A stretch of 21,037 nucleotides of DNA from Octopus sinensis (lineage: Eukaryota): NCBI RefSeq assembly GCF_006345805.1, contig NW_021823726.1, positions 1 to 21,037 on the forward strand, given 5' to 3'. The position numbers and the translations under genes were made by a program. Under the pieces are notes generated by a model, which searched no databases, was not told the origin of the DNA, and saw only the letters and a program-made list of their open reading frames with translations. Shown one piece after another: positions 9,609-20,636 of this stretch (within the stretch, counting starts at the first letter, position 1; each line of letters opens with the position of its first letter).

Positions 9609-10346
9609 GATCTTTTGTTTGGTTGCACCTGCGAAACTTTTGAAATTTAGTCAAAATTTTAAAATTTGATGTATTGACGCAATTGTCCATGCTGAATCAC
9701 GGGGACTAATTCACTTTTTTGAGAAAAAGCTATAAAAAAGTTACAGAGGTTTAAATTTTGATAATTTTACCCAGTCAGAAAACAAGATTTAGAAGCTGTT
9801 GTTTTGTGTGTAACAGTATGTATTGTCAACTGTAAACAAATGAAATAATGGCGGGATACTGCTTTACACACGACATATAACTCCACATAACTCTTTGTTT
9901 TTTTTCGAATTTTTAGAAAACTTTTGCGGATTTGTGTTCTGCACACAGGAATTCATAGGATTATGCAAAAACCAGAGCGAAAAATGTTTAGTCCGTGATT
10001 GAAGGTCTATTTAGCTATCATTTTTAGCACATCTCACGATCAACTCATGCCTTGTGTTTTAAGCATTTAATAAGTAAAAAATGAACGCGTTGCTTGACAG
10101 GACCACAACAGAGGAGTAAACAGCTAGGCAACAGCTTGGTTTATTACTATGGAAACAAGCACCTACATGGTTATGGCTTTCGATTGGCAAATTTGCAAAT
10201 TTTAAAAGCTGTTGACACTTTATTTATTGATTTATGGCGAAAATTAATTTCATGTCACTGATTACCATACAAAACTACATCAGAGTATCAGTTGGAACAA
10301 AAATTAAAGAAATTGAAAAGTGGCAGCTAAACAGAAAAGATACAAT

Positions 10347-10565
10347 ATATGTGTATGTGCGTGTGTGTGTGTCTGTGTCTGTGTGCCCCATCAATGCTAT
10401 GCAACCGGTACTGGTGTATTTACGTCCCAGTAACTTAGCCGCTCAGCAAAAAAGACCAATAGAATAAGTAGCGGGCTTTAAGAAAAGAAGTCTGAGGTCG
10501 ATTCATTCGACAAAATATTCAAGGCGATGCCCCAGCATGACCACAATCTGAAACAAATGATAAAA
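10347..10565 (+). mobile_element. SINE family A, 3' half (diverged)
   Basis: After a (TG)n tract: CCCCATCAATGC...GGTGTATTTACGTCCCAGTAACTTAG...CAAAAAAGACCAATAGAATAAGTA...CCAGCATGACC, matching 4560-4745. Confidence 0.8.
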
Positions 10566-11304
10566 AAAGAGATTAAAAAATATGTATAACTTTTTGAATC
10601 TCTTTTTTTATCATTTGCTTATTCATGCTCACGTGCTTATACATCCGTACAATATTCACTCACATACATGTGTGCGTATGAGTATATATATGTGTATACG
10701 TATATATGCGTATAAATACACTACACTTGCGCAAACACACATATACGCAGACGCACACATACACACAAATGCACATACACACACATACACGCACACACAC
10801 GCACGCACGCACTTACACAGAAACAAAGAAGCATGCACACACCGCCGTAGCTGATTAGGGTGTGGCCTGTGTTCAAAGTATGGGGAGGGGTTTGCACCGA
10901 GTTTAGCTTTATCAAAAGGAGACAGTCATAAATTTTGGATTTTCTTAATATTACTGTCTTCCTGGCAGCTGGAAGGGCAGTCGGTCTCGCTAGGTGACTT
11001 GATATTTCCTGAGGGGATGTGAGGGGTCGTTCTATTCCAACCTCGTCTCTTTCTCGAAGACGTTTTCGTGTTTATTTCTCGTCATAGAATGAGTACATTT
11101 ATATATATATATATATACGCGTAAATGTGTGTGTGCGCGCGTGCGTAGGATCATGCAACCATTTTTATGTATTTTATTCGAGATACAAAAACCTAACGCT
11201 AAATCCTCGCGACCTTTTTATCATCATAATCATTATTATTTTATCAATGCCAAGATTATGATGATGATGACGACGATGACGAGGAGGAGGAGAAGGAGGA
11301 TAAG

Positions 11305-11517
11305 CCTTTCTACTACAGGCGTAAAGTATGGAATTTGTGAGGAGGGAGAAAGTAAATTAGATCGACCCCAATGCTCAACTGGTACTTATTTCATCTACCT
11401 GGAAAGGATGTATGGCAAAGTCGACCTTGCAAAATTTGAAGTAATAACCTAAAGACGAGCGAAATTCCGCTGAGCAATTTTGTCCGGATTGCTAATTAGT
11501 CTGGCAGCTCATCGCCT
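11305..11517 (-). mobile_element. tRNA-derived SINE (family B), diverged
   Basis: The plus strand GATCGACCCCAATGCTCAACTGGTACTTATTTCATC...GGCAAAGTCGACC is the reverse complement of the family B body. Confidence 0.8.
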
Positions 11518-11679
11518 TTAATAAATATATTAAAAACGTGCGAGTGCCCCCACTGCGCTATGTATATATATACATTTCCACATGTATCCGTAACCGCTCG
11601 TTGTATTTGTAACAAATTGCAGTTTGTATGAATGGGTTCTGATGGCAAAGTAACTGGAATTATCATTATTATTATTATT

Positions 11680-12420
11680 CTCTTCATCACAGGTTTTGTT
11701 GGAGCTCTTGGAGTCTTGCATGCGCAGCGGCCTTACAACCTGCAGCCTACGGTACCATGCTATTCGTTCTTTTCAACTATCTAATACTTTCCTGATTATT
11801 CTGGCCGTGCCAAGGAAGCAAACCTTTTGTAACAGTTCTACTGGGCACTCTATTCAAATTTCCTTTATATTCCACATGATGCCTTCTGATATTGTTCCTA
11901 AGGACCCAACAATAATTGGCATTATCTTCGCCTTCTCCATTTTCCATAGCCGGACTATTTCGTACTTAAGAGGATTATATTTATCTACCTTTTCGCTTTC
12001 GTTCTTTACTGTTTGTAGGTCAAAGTGACATGCAACATCAACTATATAGCATATGTGGTGCACGTTGTCCACCACCACTAGGTCCGGTTGTTATGTTTTA
12101 ACACCTAATTTGTTTGGATTGGGAATTCCCAGAGGATTTTGCTAGTCTCCGACTCCGCCACTCTCTCCGGTTTGTGCTCATACCACGTCTTTCATTTCTC
12201 TAGCCCTCACTTTTCGCACGGTTTCCAATGTAGCACTTTCGCTACTTGATCATTTCGCCACAACCTGTAGTGGTTTGGGACAAGTCTAGGACTTGATATG
12301 CGCAATGGTTTCATCCACTCTATTGCAGATGCGGCTCAGCGGAGACACTTGCTCATTACTAAGGTTTACCCTCCAGTTTGTGGTCAAAGCTTGGTCTTGC
12401 GCTGCCAATATAGTGCTCCC
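11680..12420 (-). mobile_element. R4/Dong-clade non-LTR retrotransposon 3' fragment (zinc knuckle plus restriction-like endonuclease), decayed
   Basis: Across frames: ILAAQDQALTT...RICNRVDETIAHI (degenerate CCHC), WYEHKPERVAESETSKILWEFPIQT, PDLVVVD...IVDVA (PD..D), EKVDKYNPLKYEIVRLW, IIVGSLGTI, LQKVCFLGTARIIRKVLDS*. Then a short 3' UTR and a (TAA)n tail at ~11659-11679. Confidence 0.93.
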
Positions 12421-12451
12421 ATTATTATTATTATTGTTGTTATTATTATTG

Positions 12452-12490
<39 letters not shown>

Positions 12491-12512
12491 ATTAATTATT
12501 ATTATTATTATT
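12421..12512. repeat. (TTA)n / (TAA)n microsatellite with TTG interruptions
   Basis: Directly visible. Separates the Dong fragment from the 12513-13066 element. Confidence 0.95.
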
Positions 12513-13065
12513 GAGTGAGCGAGTAGAGCATGCCATCAAAGTGACACTGGGGTAAAATATACGAAGCCCAGTATACCATCATGACTACCCGTCTGATAAG
12601 GGTACACCAGGCACATGCATCACAACCATATGTGCGCGACATGGTGATCTCATATCAAGATAAACAGCACATGACCTTGCAGGTGGAGCCCAGTTAGAAT
12701 TTTCTTCAGATCGAGTAACCCATCCTGCTCAAAAGGTCCCTGAATAAGGGTTGTTTAAGGATGTTGAACGAAACACCCATGTTTCCAGAGGTGAATTATT
12801 CAAACCCCAAAGAATCCTTCTCAACACATGGCTATGATGCTCCCCCACTACTTCTGCTCGTGATCAGAGATGCACATATCGTCAGCCACTAAGGGACATG
12901 CTCAACTGGTTATGGTCAAACAACTGACAAGCAAATCTGTGGTATTGAGCAGAATATTTGCTGTAGCCCATCTTTTATACCAAGACAAAACAATGTACAT
13001 GATAACACTTCCAATCAGTTAAGATCAGAAGCCATGAGAGCCACTGCCTGGTACTGCACCAGGGC

Positions 13066-13066
<1 letters not shown>
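12513..13066. mobile_element. ~550-bp non-coding interspersed element bounded on both sides by (TTA)n
   Basis: A sharp-edged, higher-GC island with no ORF and no clear A/B box. I recall it as a high-copy octopus repeat, but that is unverified. Orientation and class are uncertain. Confidence 0.65.
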
Positions 13067-13106
<40 letters not shown>

Positions 13107-13155
13107 TATTATTATTATTATTGTTATTGTTGTTGTTGTTGTTGTTGTTGTTCTT

Positions 13156-13186
<31 letters not shown>

Positions 13187-13198
13187 TTATTATTATTA

Positions 13199-13239
<41 letters not shown>

Positions 13240-13279
13240 GTGTGTGTGTATATATGCGCGTATCTCTATCTATCTACTT

Positions 13280-13346
<67 letters not shown>

Positions 13347-13395
13347 CTGTCTGTCTGTCTGTCCATCCATCCATCCATCCATCTATCTATCTATA
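13067..13395. repeat. Compound microsatellite (TTA)-(TTG)-(TTC)-(TTA)-(TG)-(TATC)-(TGTC)-(TCCA)-(TATC)
   Basis: Directly visible successive blocks. Confidence 0.95.
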
Positions 13396-13499
13396 TAGAT
13401 GCATACACACATACATACATAAAAAAAAACGGTAAGCCTATAACAATAGTAATGGAACAAAAAGCTGCACTCCCATAGATGGTGTCACAGTTCAAAATT

Positions 13500-14330
13500 C
13501 GTCGACGACGACGACGACTGCAATCTTCTACGATATAAACAAAGTACCCAGCAACTCGTTTCTGATATTACATGAGCTGAATCCAGTTTAAGAATATATC
13601 ATGGTAGTTGCATGTCTCCTTACTTGAAGAATTTATCACAAAACGAACAATAAAGAACGAGACATCTATATTTCGCGAAGGGCAGAACTGGCTTCTATAA
13701 ACTTTCAAAAGGAACAGTTGAAGAAAGCTTTGAAGAACAATGTACTCCATTGAGTATGGAATATGGACATGTATAACTGCTCATCAGAACTGAAGACGAA
13801 GTAAGAAAGCAGGCTGAACAGGTGTACCACTCAGCAATTCATTCAAGCCCCTCGTTAAGGGGTTACTCCTCGCATGTCTTATTCGCCTTCGTATTGAATT
13901 CACTTTTTATGGAGAATTCCCTCTGTCCACGACTGTTCATTCTCCATCTCAATGGAGTATTACTATTGGCTGTAACCGGGAAAGGGGATCTCTGGTCATC
14001 GGCTTCAGACATTGAGCTCAAAGCGCTATCCTCGCAGCTGCAAACGATGGTGCTCTGGAAACGGCAACTGATAGTTACAAAACACCAAAGCAGACCATCC
14101 AAACCAGGCAATTTCCCCCTCCCCGAGAATCGTCAAGGTAGGCACTGAAGTCCATCCTGAGTTCCGGCCTGCCATCTGCTCGGGCTCGATTACCGTGCGC
14201 CCATTTTAGCCCACCAAAGACCAAATTGTGTCTTCGTTGCCACCTCTCCAAAACAACACCGCTGTTCCACCCCATTCCCGGTTGATATGGAGATAAGTAA
14301 ATCTACTGAAAATGAACATGAAAACTCGTC
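13500..14330 (+). mobile_element. Possible decayed LINE ORF1/gag-like region
   Basis: Higher-GC, coding-like island with stops and frameshifts. LLAVTGKGDLWSSASDIELKALSSQ could be an eroded VxGRxPxCWxCxxxxHxKxxCP knuckle of L1/Tx1 ORF1, but no Cys/His is retained, so support is weak. Confidence 0.35.
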
Positions 14331-14497
14331 GGTCGGAGAGGCTGGTTTCACTGATAGTCACAACATCCAAACTTAGTGACCTGAAGTCATAGAGGAGTTA
14401 GTTGGTCCCGTTTCCAAGCCGACCCCAAGCCGTGTGCATTTATATTGCCTAATCTGAGCAAGGCCAGGGGGAAGGAGAATGAATAGAATCACTTGCC

Positions 14498-15400
14498 CTA
14501 TTTCTGTAAAGTGACAGGTATGCCATCCGTCTGGTTATTTGTGGGCATCTCCAAAAACATTTCTTTGTAGAATCTTTTATTTATGGTCCCATGGAAGTCT
14601 TCCATTCCTTTGGGATGTTTTGCTTTCAGTTTGTTGTAAGTTTGTTGCGATGTTTTTATAATATTTATGTGAATAAGGATGTTATGCGGGGTTGCGATGC
14701 ATTCATTTAGAGTTATGTCAGTGTTTTTTTTTTTCGTGTTCAAAATCTGCAGAGGTCGAGTTTGCCTTTCCTCCTTTCAGAGGTGATAAAATAAGTACCA
14801 CTTGAAACTCAGGATTCAACCAGTACTTCCCTGATTTCTCTTTCTTATCTCTCGTTTTGATGAGAGACTCTAAGTTTGTTTTCAGTCTCTAAAACTACCT
14901 TTTTGAAGTGAAACTCTTCGTTGCCATTTTTGTTTATTTAAGCGATTTCAAATCTTTCATTTCCATGTTATGTCTTTCCAGTTTCTGTATATATTAGCAC
15001 TTCTCTCTGGGACAAATTTAATGCTTATGACTTGCATTATTAACTTAAATTCTGTAAGTCTCATAAAGAGATTCCCGTGCCAGTTTTGTTTCAGGATCTA
15101 TTTTGGAAATAATTTCCGGTCAATTTTGTAAAGGTTAAGAGTGAATAGGTTTCGGTATTTTGAACCATATATTGTTAGTTCCACAATGTTATAATCTGAG
15201 GAAATTTCCACATTGTGAATGAGTTGCTTATTATTAATGAGCAGAGATCCAAGATGTTGTTGGTACTGGTCAGGTACAGTATCATTTGTCTGAGTTCATT
15301 TTAGTGAGATCAAGTAGAGATTCTGTTCATGGTGCGACATTACCTCCAGGGGACGTTAGTCACCATACAGAAGTACATTGACGTACTTTTGGTATTTCTT
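14498..15400 (-). mobile_element. CR1/L2-group LINE ORF2 fragment (APE C-terminus to RT-proximal linker), heavily decayed, interrupted by a SINE
   Basis: Minus-strand remnants VNVLLYGD* (GDFN-like), TSTNNILDLC (ILDL motif), IHNVEISSDYNIVEL (SDH-like), KFVPER, and EMPTNNQTDGIPVTLQK (the SA.GPDG.P..L motif before the RT). Confidence 0.6.
14736..14813 (+). mobile_element. SINE family B fragment
   Basis: GTTCAAAATCTGCAGAGGTCGAGTTTGCCTTTCCTCCTTTCAGAGGTGATAAAATAAGTACCA matches 7805-7870. Confidence 0.75.
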
Positions 15401-15432
15401 GTATCATTCTAAGGCTATGTCTACAAATAATT

Positions 15433-15711
15433 ACTGGTACTCCGTCGGTTACGACGACGAGAGTTCCAGTTGGTCCGATCAACGGAACAGCCTGCTCGTG
15501 AAATTAACGTGCACGTGGTTGAGCATTCCACAGACACGTATACTCTTAACGTAGTTCTCAGGGAGATTCAACAAGACAGAGTGCGTCAAGGCTAGCCCTT
15601 TGAAATACAGGTACAACTCATTTTTACCAGCTGAGTGGACTGGAGCAACGTGGGATAAAGTGTCTTGCTCAAGGACACAACGCACCGCCAAGTATTGAAC
15701 TTACAACCTTA
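15433..15711 (-). mobile_element. tRNA-derived SINE (family C), near full body
   Basis: Minus strand has B-box-like AGTTCAATAC and GTTGTGTCCTTGAGCAAGACACTTTATCCCACGTTGCTCCAGTCCACTCAGCTGG. The CCTTGAGCAAG motif is common to many metazoan SINE cores. Confidence 0.85.
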
Positions 15712-15733
15712 TGTAAGTGTGTATGTGTGTGTG

Positions 15734-15737
15734 TGTA

Positions 15738-15803
<66 letters not shown>
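15734..15803. repeat. (TA)n microsatellite
   Basis: Directly visible. Confidence 0.95.
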
Positions 15804-15808
<5 letters not shown>

Positions 15809-15811
15809 TCA

Positions 15812-16069
15812 AAAGTTGTCTCTACAAATTTTCGATTGAAATTAGGTCAGTATTGGAAGTTACGACGTCTCGTATACGAATACGTTTATGTAAACAATGC
15901 GATCGAAGACAGAAAAACGAGTAATGAGTGTATATACATATTTCAGGAGTTCTTGTCCTTTCTTTAGCGCCCATCGACGAAAATATTATTTAAACAGACA
16001 TTAAATTTAGCGTCGTAATTTCCAGTACTGGCACTAACTACTATTAAAAAAATTTGTAGAGATAACTTT
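15812..16069. mobile_element. MITE-like element with ~57-bp bipartite inverted arms
   Basis: AAAGTTGTCTCTACAAATTTT (15812) pairs with AAAATTTGTAGAGATAACTTT (ends 16069). CAGTATTGGAAGTTACGACG (15848-15867) pairs with CGTCGTAATTTCCAGTACTG (16011-16030). Confidence 0.65.
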
Positions 16070-16296
16070 AAAAAGTGACTGAATCGCACTGCTAACACGG
16101 GTAGGACACAGTATTGACTTATAAAACTATAATATATTTGATAGTATATTATGGTTGCAAAACGAAATATGGTGTGCCTACCAACAAATTATATATATAT
16201 GACCACAATCACATGACTGAAATGTAATGCACACACACACACACACACCACACACACACACACACACCACACACACACACACCACACACACTCATA

Positions 16297-16535
16297 CTGG
16301 ATGCGGGGCAGAAGTAACGCCCTTTTGTATTTGAATCATGTATTGAATCATATTGTTTTGATGGAACAATACTTAATACATTTCCTAAAACTTCTGCGAT
16401 CTTTTTCATTAGTGTATTATTCGTTTCTTTAAGTAATGCAATAAATTTGTGTTCAATAAAAGAATTACTTAATAAACATTTATATACTATAAAAGTTATT
16501 AGATGCAAAAAGGGCGTTACTTCTGCCGCGCTCTG
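16297..16535. mobile_element. Tc1/mariner-like MITE
   Basis: Perfect 20-bp inverted repeat GGCAGAAGTAACGCCCTTTT (16307-16326) / AAAAGGGCGTTACTTCTGCC (16508-16527). The left end follows TA and the right end reads CAGAGCGC inward. Confidence 0.7.
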
Positions 16536-16639
16536 TGAAATCGTGTGTTGAAACAGATATTATTTTATTTCGGGATGGTCTTCTTTTTTCTTTTTTTTTT
16601 CTTTTTGAAGTAAGCAAGAATACACACGAAAATGAAAAG

Positions 16640-16686
16640 TGTTGCTGAAGAGGTCAGAGATGTGTGACGAAAGATTTCCGGACAAT
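16640..16686 (+). ncRNA. Minimal type-I hammerhead-ribozyme-like motif with an intact core
   Basis: CTGAAGA (16645-16651)-G-GTCA-GAGATGTG-TGAC-GAAA (16669-16672)-GATT-TC. The core is canonical CUGANGA/GAAA, stem II is 4 bp, stem III AGAUUU is quasi-palindromic, and the site is UUC. Stem I is weak (GTTG vs CGGAC, wobble pairs). Confidence 0.45.
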
Positions 16687-16858
16687 GGGCAGGTGATAAA
16701 ATAATAAAATAACAGTAATAAACGAGTGAAGAAAAAAAACAGAGTGCGTGTGTTTATTTGGCAAAAATAATAATAATAAAGTGACCATCTCGAAATACAA
16801 CAATATATGTTTCAACACAGGACTTCACATCAGGAATCTTTCAAAACGATTTGATAAA

Positions 16859-16866
<8 letters not shown>

Positions 16867-16913
<47 letters not shown>
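16867..16913. repeat. (TA)n microsatellite
   Basis: Directly visible. Confidence 0.95.
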
Positions 16914-16915
<2 letters not shown>

Positions 16916-17414
16916 CATGCTACATTAATTTGAAGATTATATTCACGTATATCTGAAATATCAATTCCTATAACTGTTATATTTGTGTGCGCGCATGTGC
17001 GTGCCTGCCTGCGTGAATATGTGCGTGCGGATGTACGTGTGTGAATGTGTGCCGCTGGAAACTTGGCGTATATAAAACTGCAATGGGAAATACATCTTTA
17101 AAGAATCGTAAACCAGAATAAATTGACGGAGTTCAATAAAACTCCGAGCAAATTAGGGGAATGCTGTGGATCCAATTGAGAAAAACCTTGTTAGCTCTGC
17201 TGCCAGCATGAACCGCAGTTTAATGAGTGTAACCAACAAAAGAATAGAAGAAAATATATACATAACTGGACGGGGATGTCTCGGGTCAAATAAAGACGAT
17301 TTTTATCTGACACTCTAATGGATTAAATGTGATGTGTCCGATGTTAATCTTCATGGAGACCTCTCTACCCCACCTGTCTCTCTCTCACTCCCTCTCTCTC
17401 TCTCTGTATGTATG

Positions 17415-17457
<43 letters not shown>

Positions 17458-17778
17458 GTACGCACACGCATAAATACCCATATGCGTATACACATGCATA
17501 TATATACACATATACATACACACAAACTTACACACACACACATGCACACACATGTATGTGTGTCTTATATATATATATATATACATACACACACACACTA
17601 CACACACAAACACATGTAAATATACATTGATAAACATATACATTTACATGTATGAATGTATGTATATATACATGCACACACAAAAAACACATACAGACAT
17701 ATATAACATTTTATACATACAAACATACATAAATACATATATAGATGAAGCATTCATGCACATATACACACAAATATA

Positions 17779-17834
17779 TACATACATACATACATACATA
17801 CATACATACATACATACATACATACATACATACA

Positions 17835-17862
<28 letters not shown>
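17779..17862. repeat. (CATA)n microsatellite within a wider CA/TA-rich low-complexity zone (17380-17870)
   Basis: Directly visible. Confidence 0.93.
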
Positions 17863-17866
<4 letters not shown>

Positions 17867-18271
17867 CATAGAACCACCCACCTAACTGTCAAACTAGCAA
17901 AGGTCAGATGCAGACAAGACCTGAAGACGTCTGTAAAAGCAACCAAGGTTGAGTGGTGCCAGTTATTTCAGAACAAATAAATTTACCATTCTCTAATGGT
18001 TATCAGTAATGGAAATTGCTGCAGGACCACCTCCAGCTTTGAACAGATCCCTTCATAAGTCCCGTCTACAATCAATGCTTCTTCTTTTTTTTTAACCTGT
18101 GAAGGTGTCTGTGGTTATGTGTAAGTAATATGTCTATGTATGCACATACGTCCACACCAATGTGTATGTGTACGCGCATGTATACACATATATGTATATA
18201 GTGTGTGTGCGCGTGTGTATATATATATATATTATATATATATATATATACATGTATGTATGTAAAAATGA

Positions 18272-18376
18272 TTGGGGTGCACAGAAGTTCCTGGTTTTAA
18301 GGGTGTCGCGAAAGGTCTAATTGGAGACCCAACCTGAGTTCTTTTCCAGGTCTTAGAAAATCTGAGGGACCACTGT
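18272..18376 (+). mobile_element. Mariner-derived MITE fragment (degenerate TIR plus transposase C-terminal remnant)
   Basis: GGGGTGCACAGAAGTTCCTGGTTTT resembles the 9564 TIR. It is followed by sequence translating to FQVLENLRDHC, reminiscent of the mariner C-terminal GIxKLxxRWxKC. It ends in (TG)n. Confidence 0.5.
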
Positions 18377-18385
18377 GTGTGTGTG

Positions 18386-18417
<32 letters not shown>

Positions 18418-19799
18418 CTGTCTATGCATACGTGTGTGCGTGTGCGTGTGTGTATGTGTGTTACGGATCGTTTTCGTTTTCTTGCAACCACTTGAAGATT
18501 TTTCAGTTTTTCAATGGATTATTCTCTTTATCATTAATTTTTTCGATAACATAAATGCAATCTTCGCCATCAGCATGCAAAACTAGACCAGTGTGGGAAA
18601 TTTGAAAACATTCTCTTGAAAATTGAGAAGTCTTCAAGCATTTGGAAAAAACAAAAAAAGGTCTCAATATCGTACTACCACGACGATTATGACGGTGACT
18701 ATCACCACACCACCACCATCACCATCATCGCCACAAAACTACAACCACAACTACACCCCGTCTCCACATGCCACCATCGCCGCCCAATGCAACGGAGAGG
18801 TTAACGGTTCGAATGATAAACAATGTGCTGTTTATAGAGTAGCTCTTACAAGTCAACATGTGTAAAACGGGGCAGAATATCATCAATTAATTGAGTCTAA
18901 TTGTGGTATAGAGTGTCTAGTGTCCCATTTAGGGGGCCCTGTGTTCGGTGAGGTAGGGGCAAAGGAATGGTGGGATTGGCAGTCTGGTTATGTACTCCTG
19001 TTCAACTTCGCTGCCAAACATAAACCATAGTTCTCAAAAACAACAAACACACACACACACACACATGGTGGCCATCTTGAGAACCAAATCTTCTTTACTC
19101 TCTCTCTCTCTCTCTCTCCGTTTCTCCCTCTTCCCCTCTCTCTCCCTTTCTCTTTCTATCTCGCTCTCTCATCACCATTATATACATACGTACAAACATA
19201 CACACGCAAGTACACACGTATGCGTATATGTATATACAAATACATAAATACATGTGTCTGAATCTATGTGCATATGTGTAGACAAGGACACAGATATACG
19301 AACACATATTGCACACATTATATATATAGATGTCACATTACATCTCTCACCTCTACATTCTATTTCTCTTTCTCTCCTCTTTCCTTCTCTCTTTTCTCTC
19401 TCTCTCTCTTTCTATCTCTCTCTATATATATTGCTCTTCCTCCGTCTTTTCTCTCTCTTCCTCTCTTTTTCACCTTTCATTCAATTTTGCTCTCTTGGCC
19501 AAAGAAAGTTGGGTTTTTTTCTTTTAGTTGGTGAAAATGAGAAAAAAAATCATTTGTGCTCTTCATTGTGACAAAATGATACTAAAATTTTAAATTGATG
19601 CAGATATAGGAAAGGAAGAATATAGTCGGTCGTGTTCTCAATATAGCTGGCATTTTGCTTATCGAACACCCTACAATATTTCTAACTGGAATCACGTAGC
19701 AAAACCAAATGATACAATAGATTTAGCCAAACGCCTTCACACATTTTTTCGTCGAACAACATAGACACCGGCAGAATTTTTTTTTTTTAAAGTGACTAG

Positions 19800-19935
19800 A
19801 GCAACATAAGTAACAATGGCAGCAACAACACAAACAGCAATGGCAACTGCAGTAGCAGCGATAGCAACAACAACAACAGCATCAACAACAATAGCGACCA
19901 CAAAAATATTTAAAAAATATAATAACGACGACAAC
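19800..19935. repeat. Degenerate (CAA/GCA)n trinucleotide low-complexity tract
   Basis: Directly visible. Confidence 0.85.
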
Positions 19936-19990
19936 AAAATGGTGAGGACAGCTCCACAGGCAAGCAATCGTTCGCCGGGGATGAGTGTAG

Positions 19991-20534
19991 TTCTCGAATG
20001 TGCCAATGTGGGGAAGGGTAGACAACATCGGGTCATCCAGATAGTATCAAGATAGCGTATTCTGTAGACTAGCATATAGGGGTAGCATACATTGTTCACA
20101 ATTCAAAGTGGTCAGCTCCACAGGCCACAAATTCATGATCTGTGTGGTTGACTTAAATAGGTTGCCTAGACAGGGGCACAGTTACTGGAAAATGAACGCG
20201 TCATTGCAGCCGCGCCAAGTTTACAAAGACAGATTAGAGAGCTAGTTCAGAGGAAGTTGACAGGGACAATCGTCAACAACTGATGGTGGTTATGAAAAGG
20301 ACTGTAAGATTAGAATCGATTAGGTTTAGTAAGGAAATAGTTATAGAGAATTCCAGAGTAGAAAAGGCTCATAAGAAAGGCATTGCAACTGACGTGCTCG
20401 CGGCGAGCTTGGCCCCTGACCGATTCTTCAACGCTAAGCAAGAAGGTTGCATTGCCTTTACTAGGGCGCGTGCTCTAAAGAATGGGGGACCGAAAGCTGT
20501 TCGATGGGCTCTGGTAACAGAGGTGCAATATTAA
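19991..20534 (+). mobile_element. L1/Tx1-clade LINE ORF2 fragment (APE C-terminus plus linker), decayed
   Basis: NVPMW..DNIGSSR*YQDSVFCR (SRxYLDRV-like), STGHKF (SDH-like), RQGHSYWKMNASL (GPGYWKLN motif of L1/Tx1), then WW..KRTVRLESIRFSK...EGCI..RARALK. Confidence 0.78.
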
Positions 20535-20636
20535 CACACCAACTTGTTTTTGTACGACCGTACCTGTGGTGTGTGTCACACTTACTTCAAAGAAAGAAGT
20601 GAGTCGCAAAGTGGGGGAGAGGAGGACAGAGAGGAA

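Noticed and set aside
13000-13066. Resemblance of the element end to U2 snRNA (ATCAGTTAAGATCAGA; CTGGTGCAGTACCAGG) or to an HDV-like ribozyme
   Set aside because: The two short U2-like matches lie on opposite strands and are gapped. No HDV P1/P1.1/L3 pattern could be built.
17158-17320. ~54-codon open stretch GNAVDPIEKNLVSS...
   Set aside because: No polypyrimidine tract, no donor site and no recognisable homology.
17880-18085. Possible APE endonuclease relic on the minus strand (ENGKFICSE..., ALIVDG)
   Set aside because: It requires several assumed frameshifts, and the similarity is too weak to support by eye.
19949-20125. 13-bp direct repeat CAGCTCCACAGGC at 19949 and 20113
   Set aside because: Short enough to be chance in a window this size, and it does not bracket a definable insertion.
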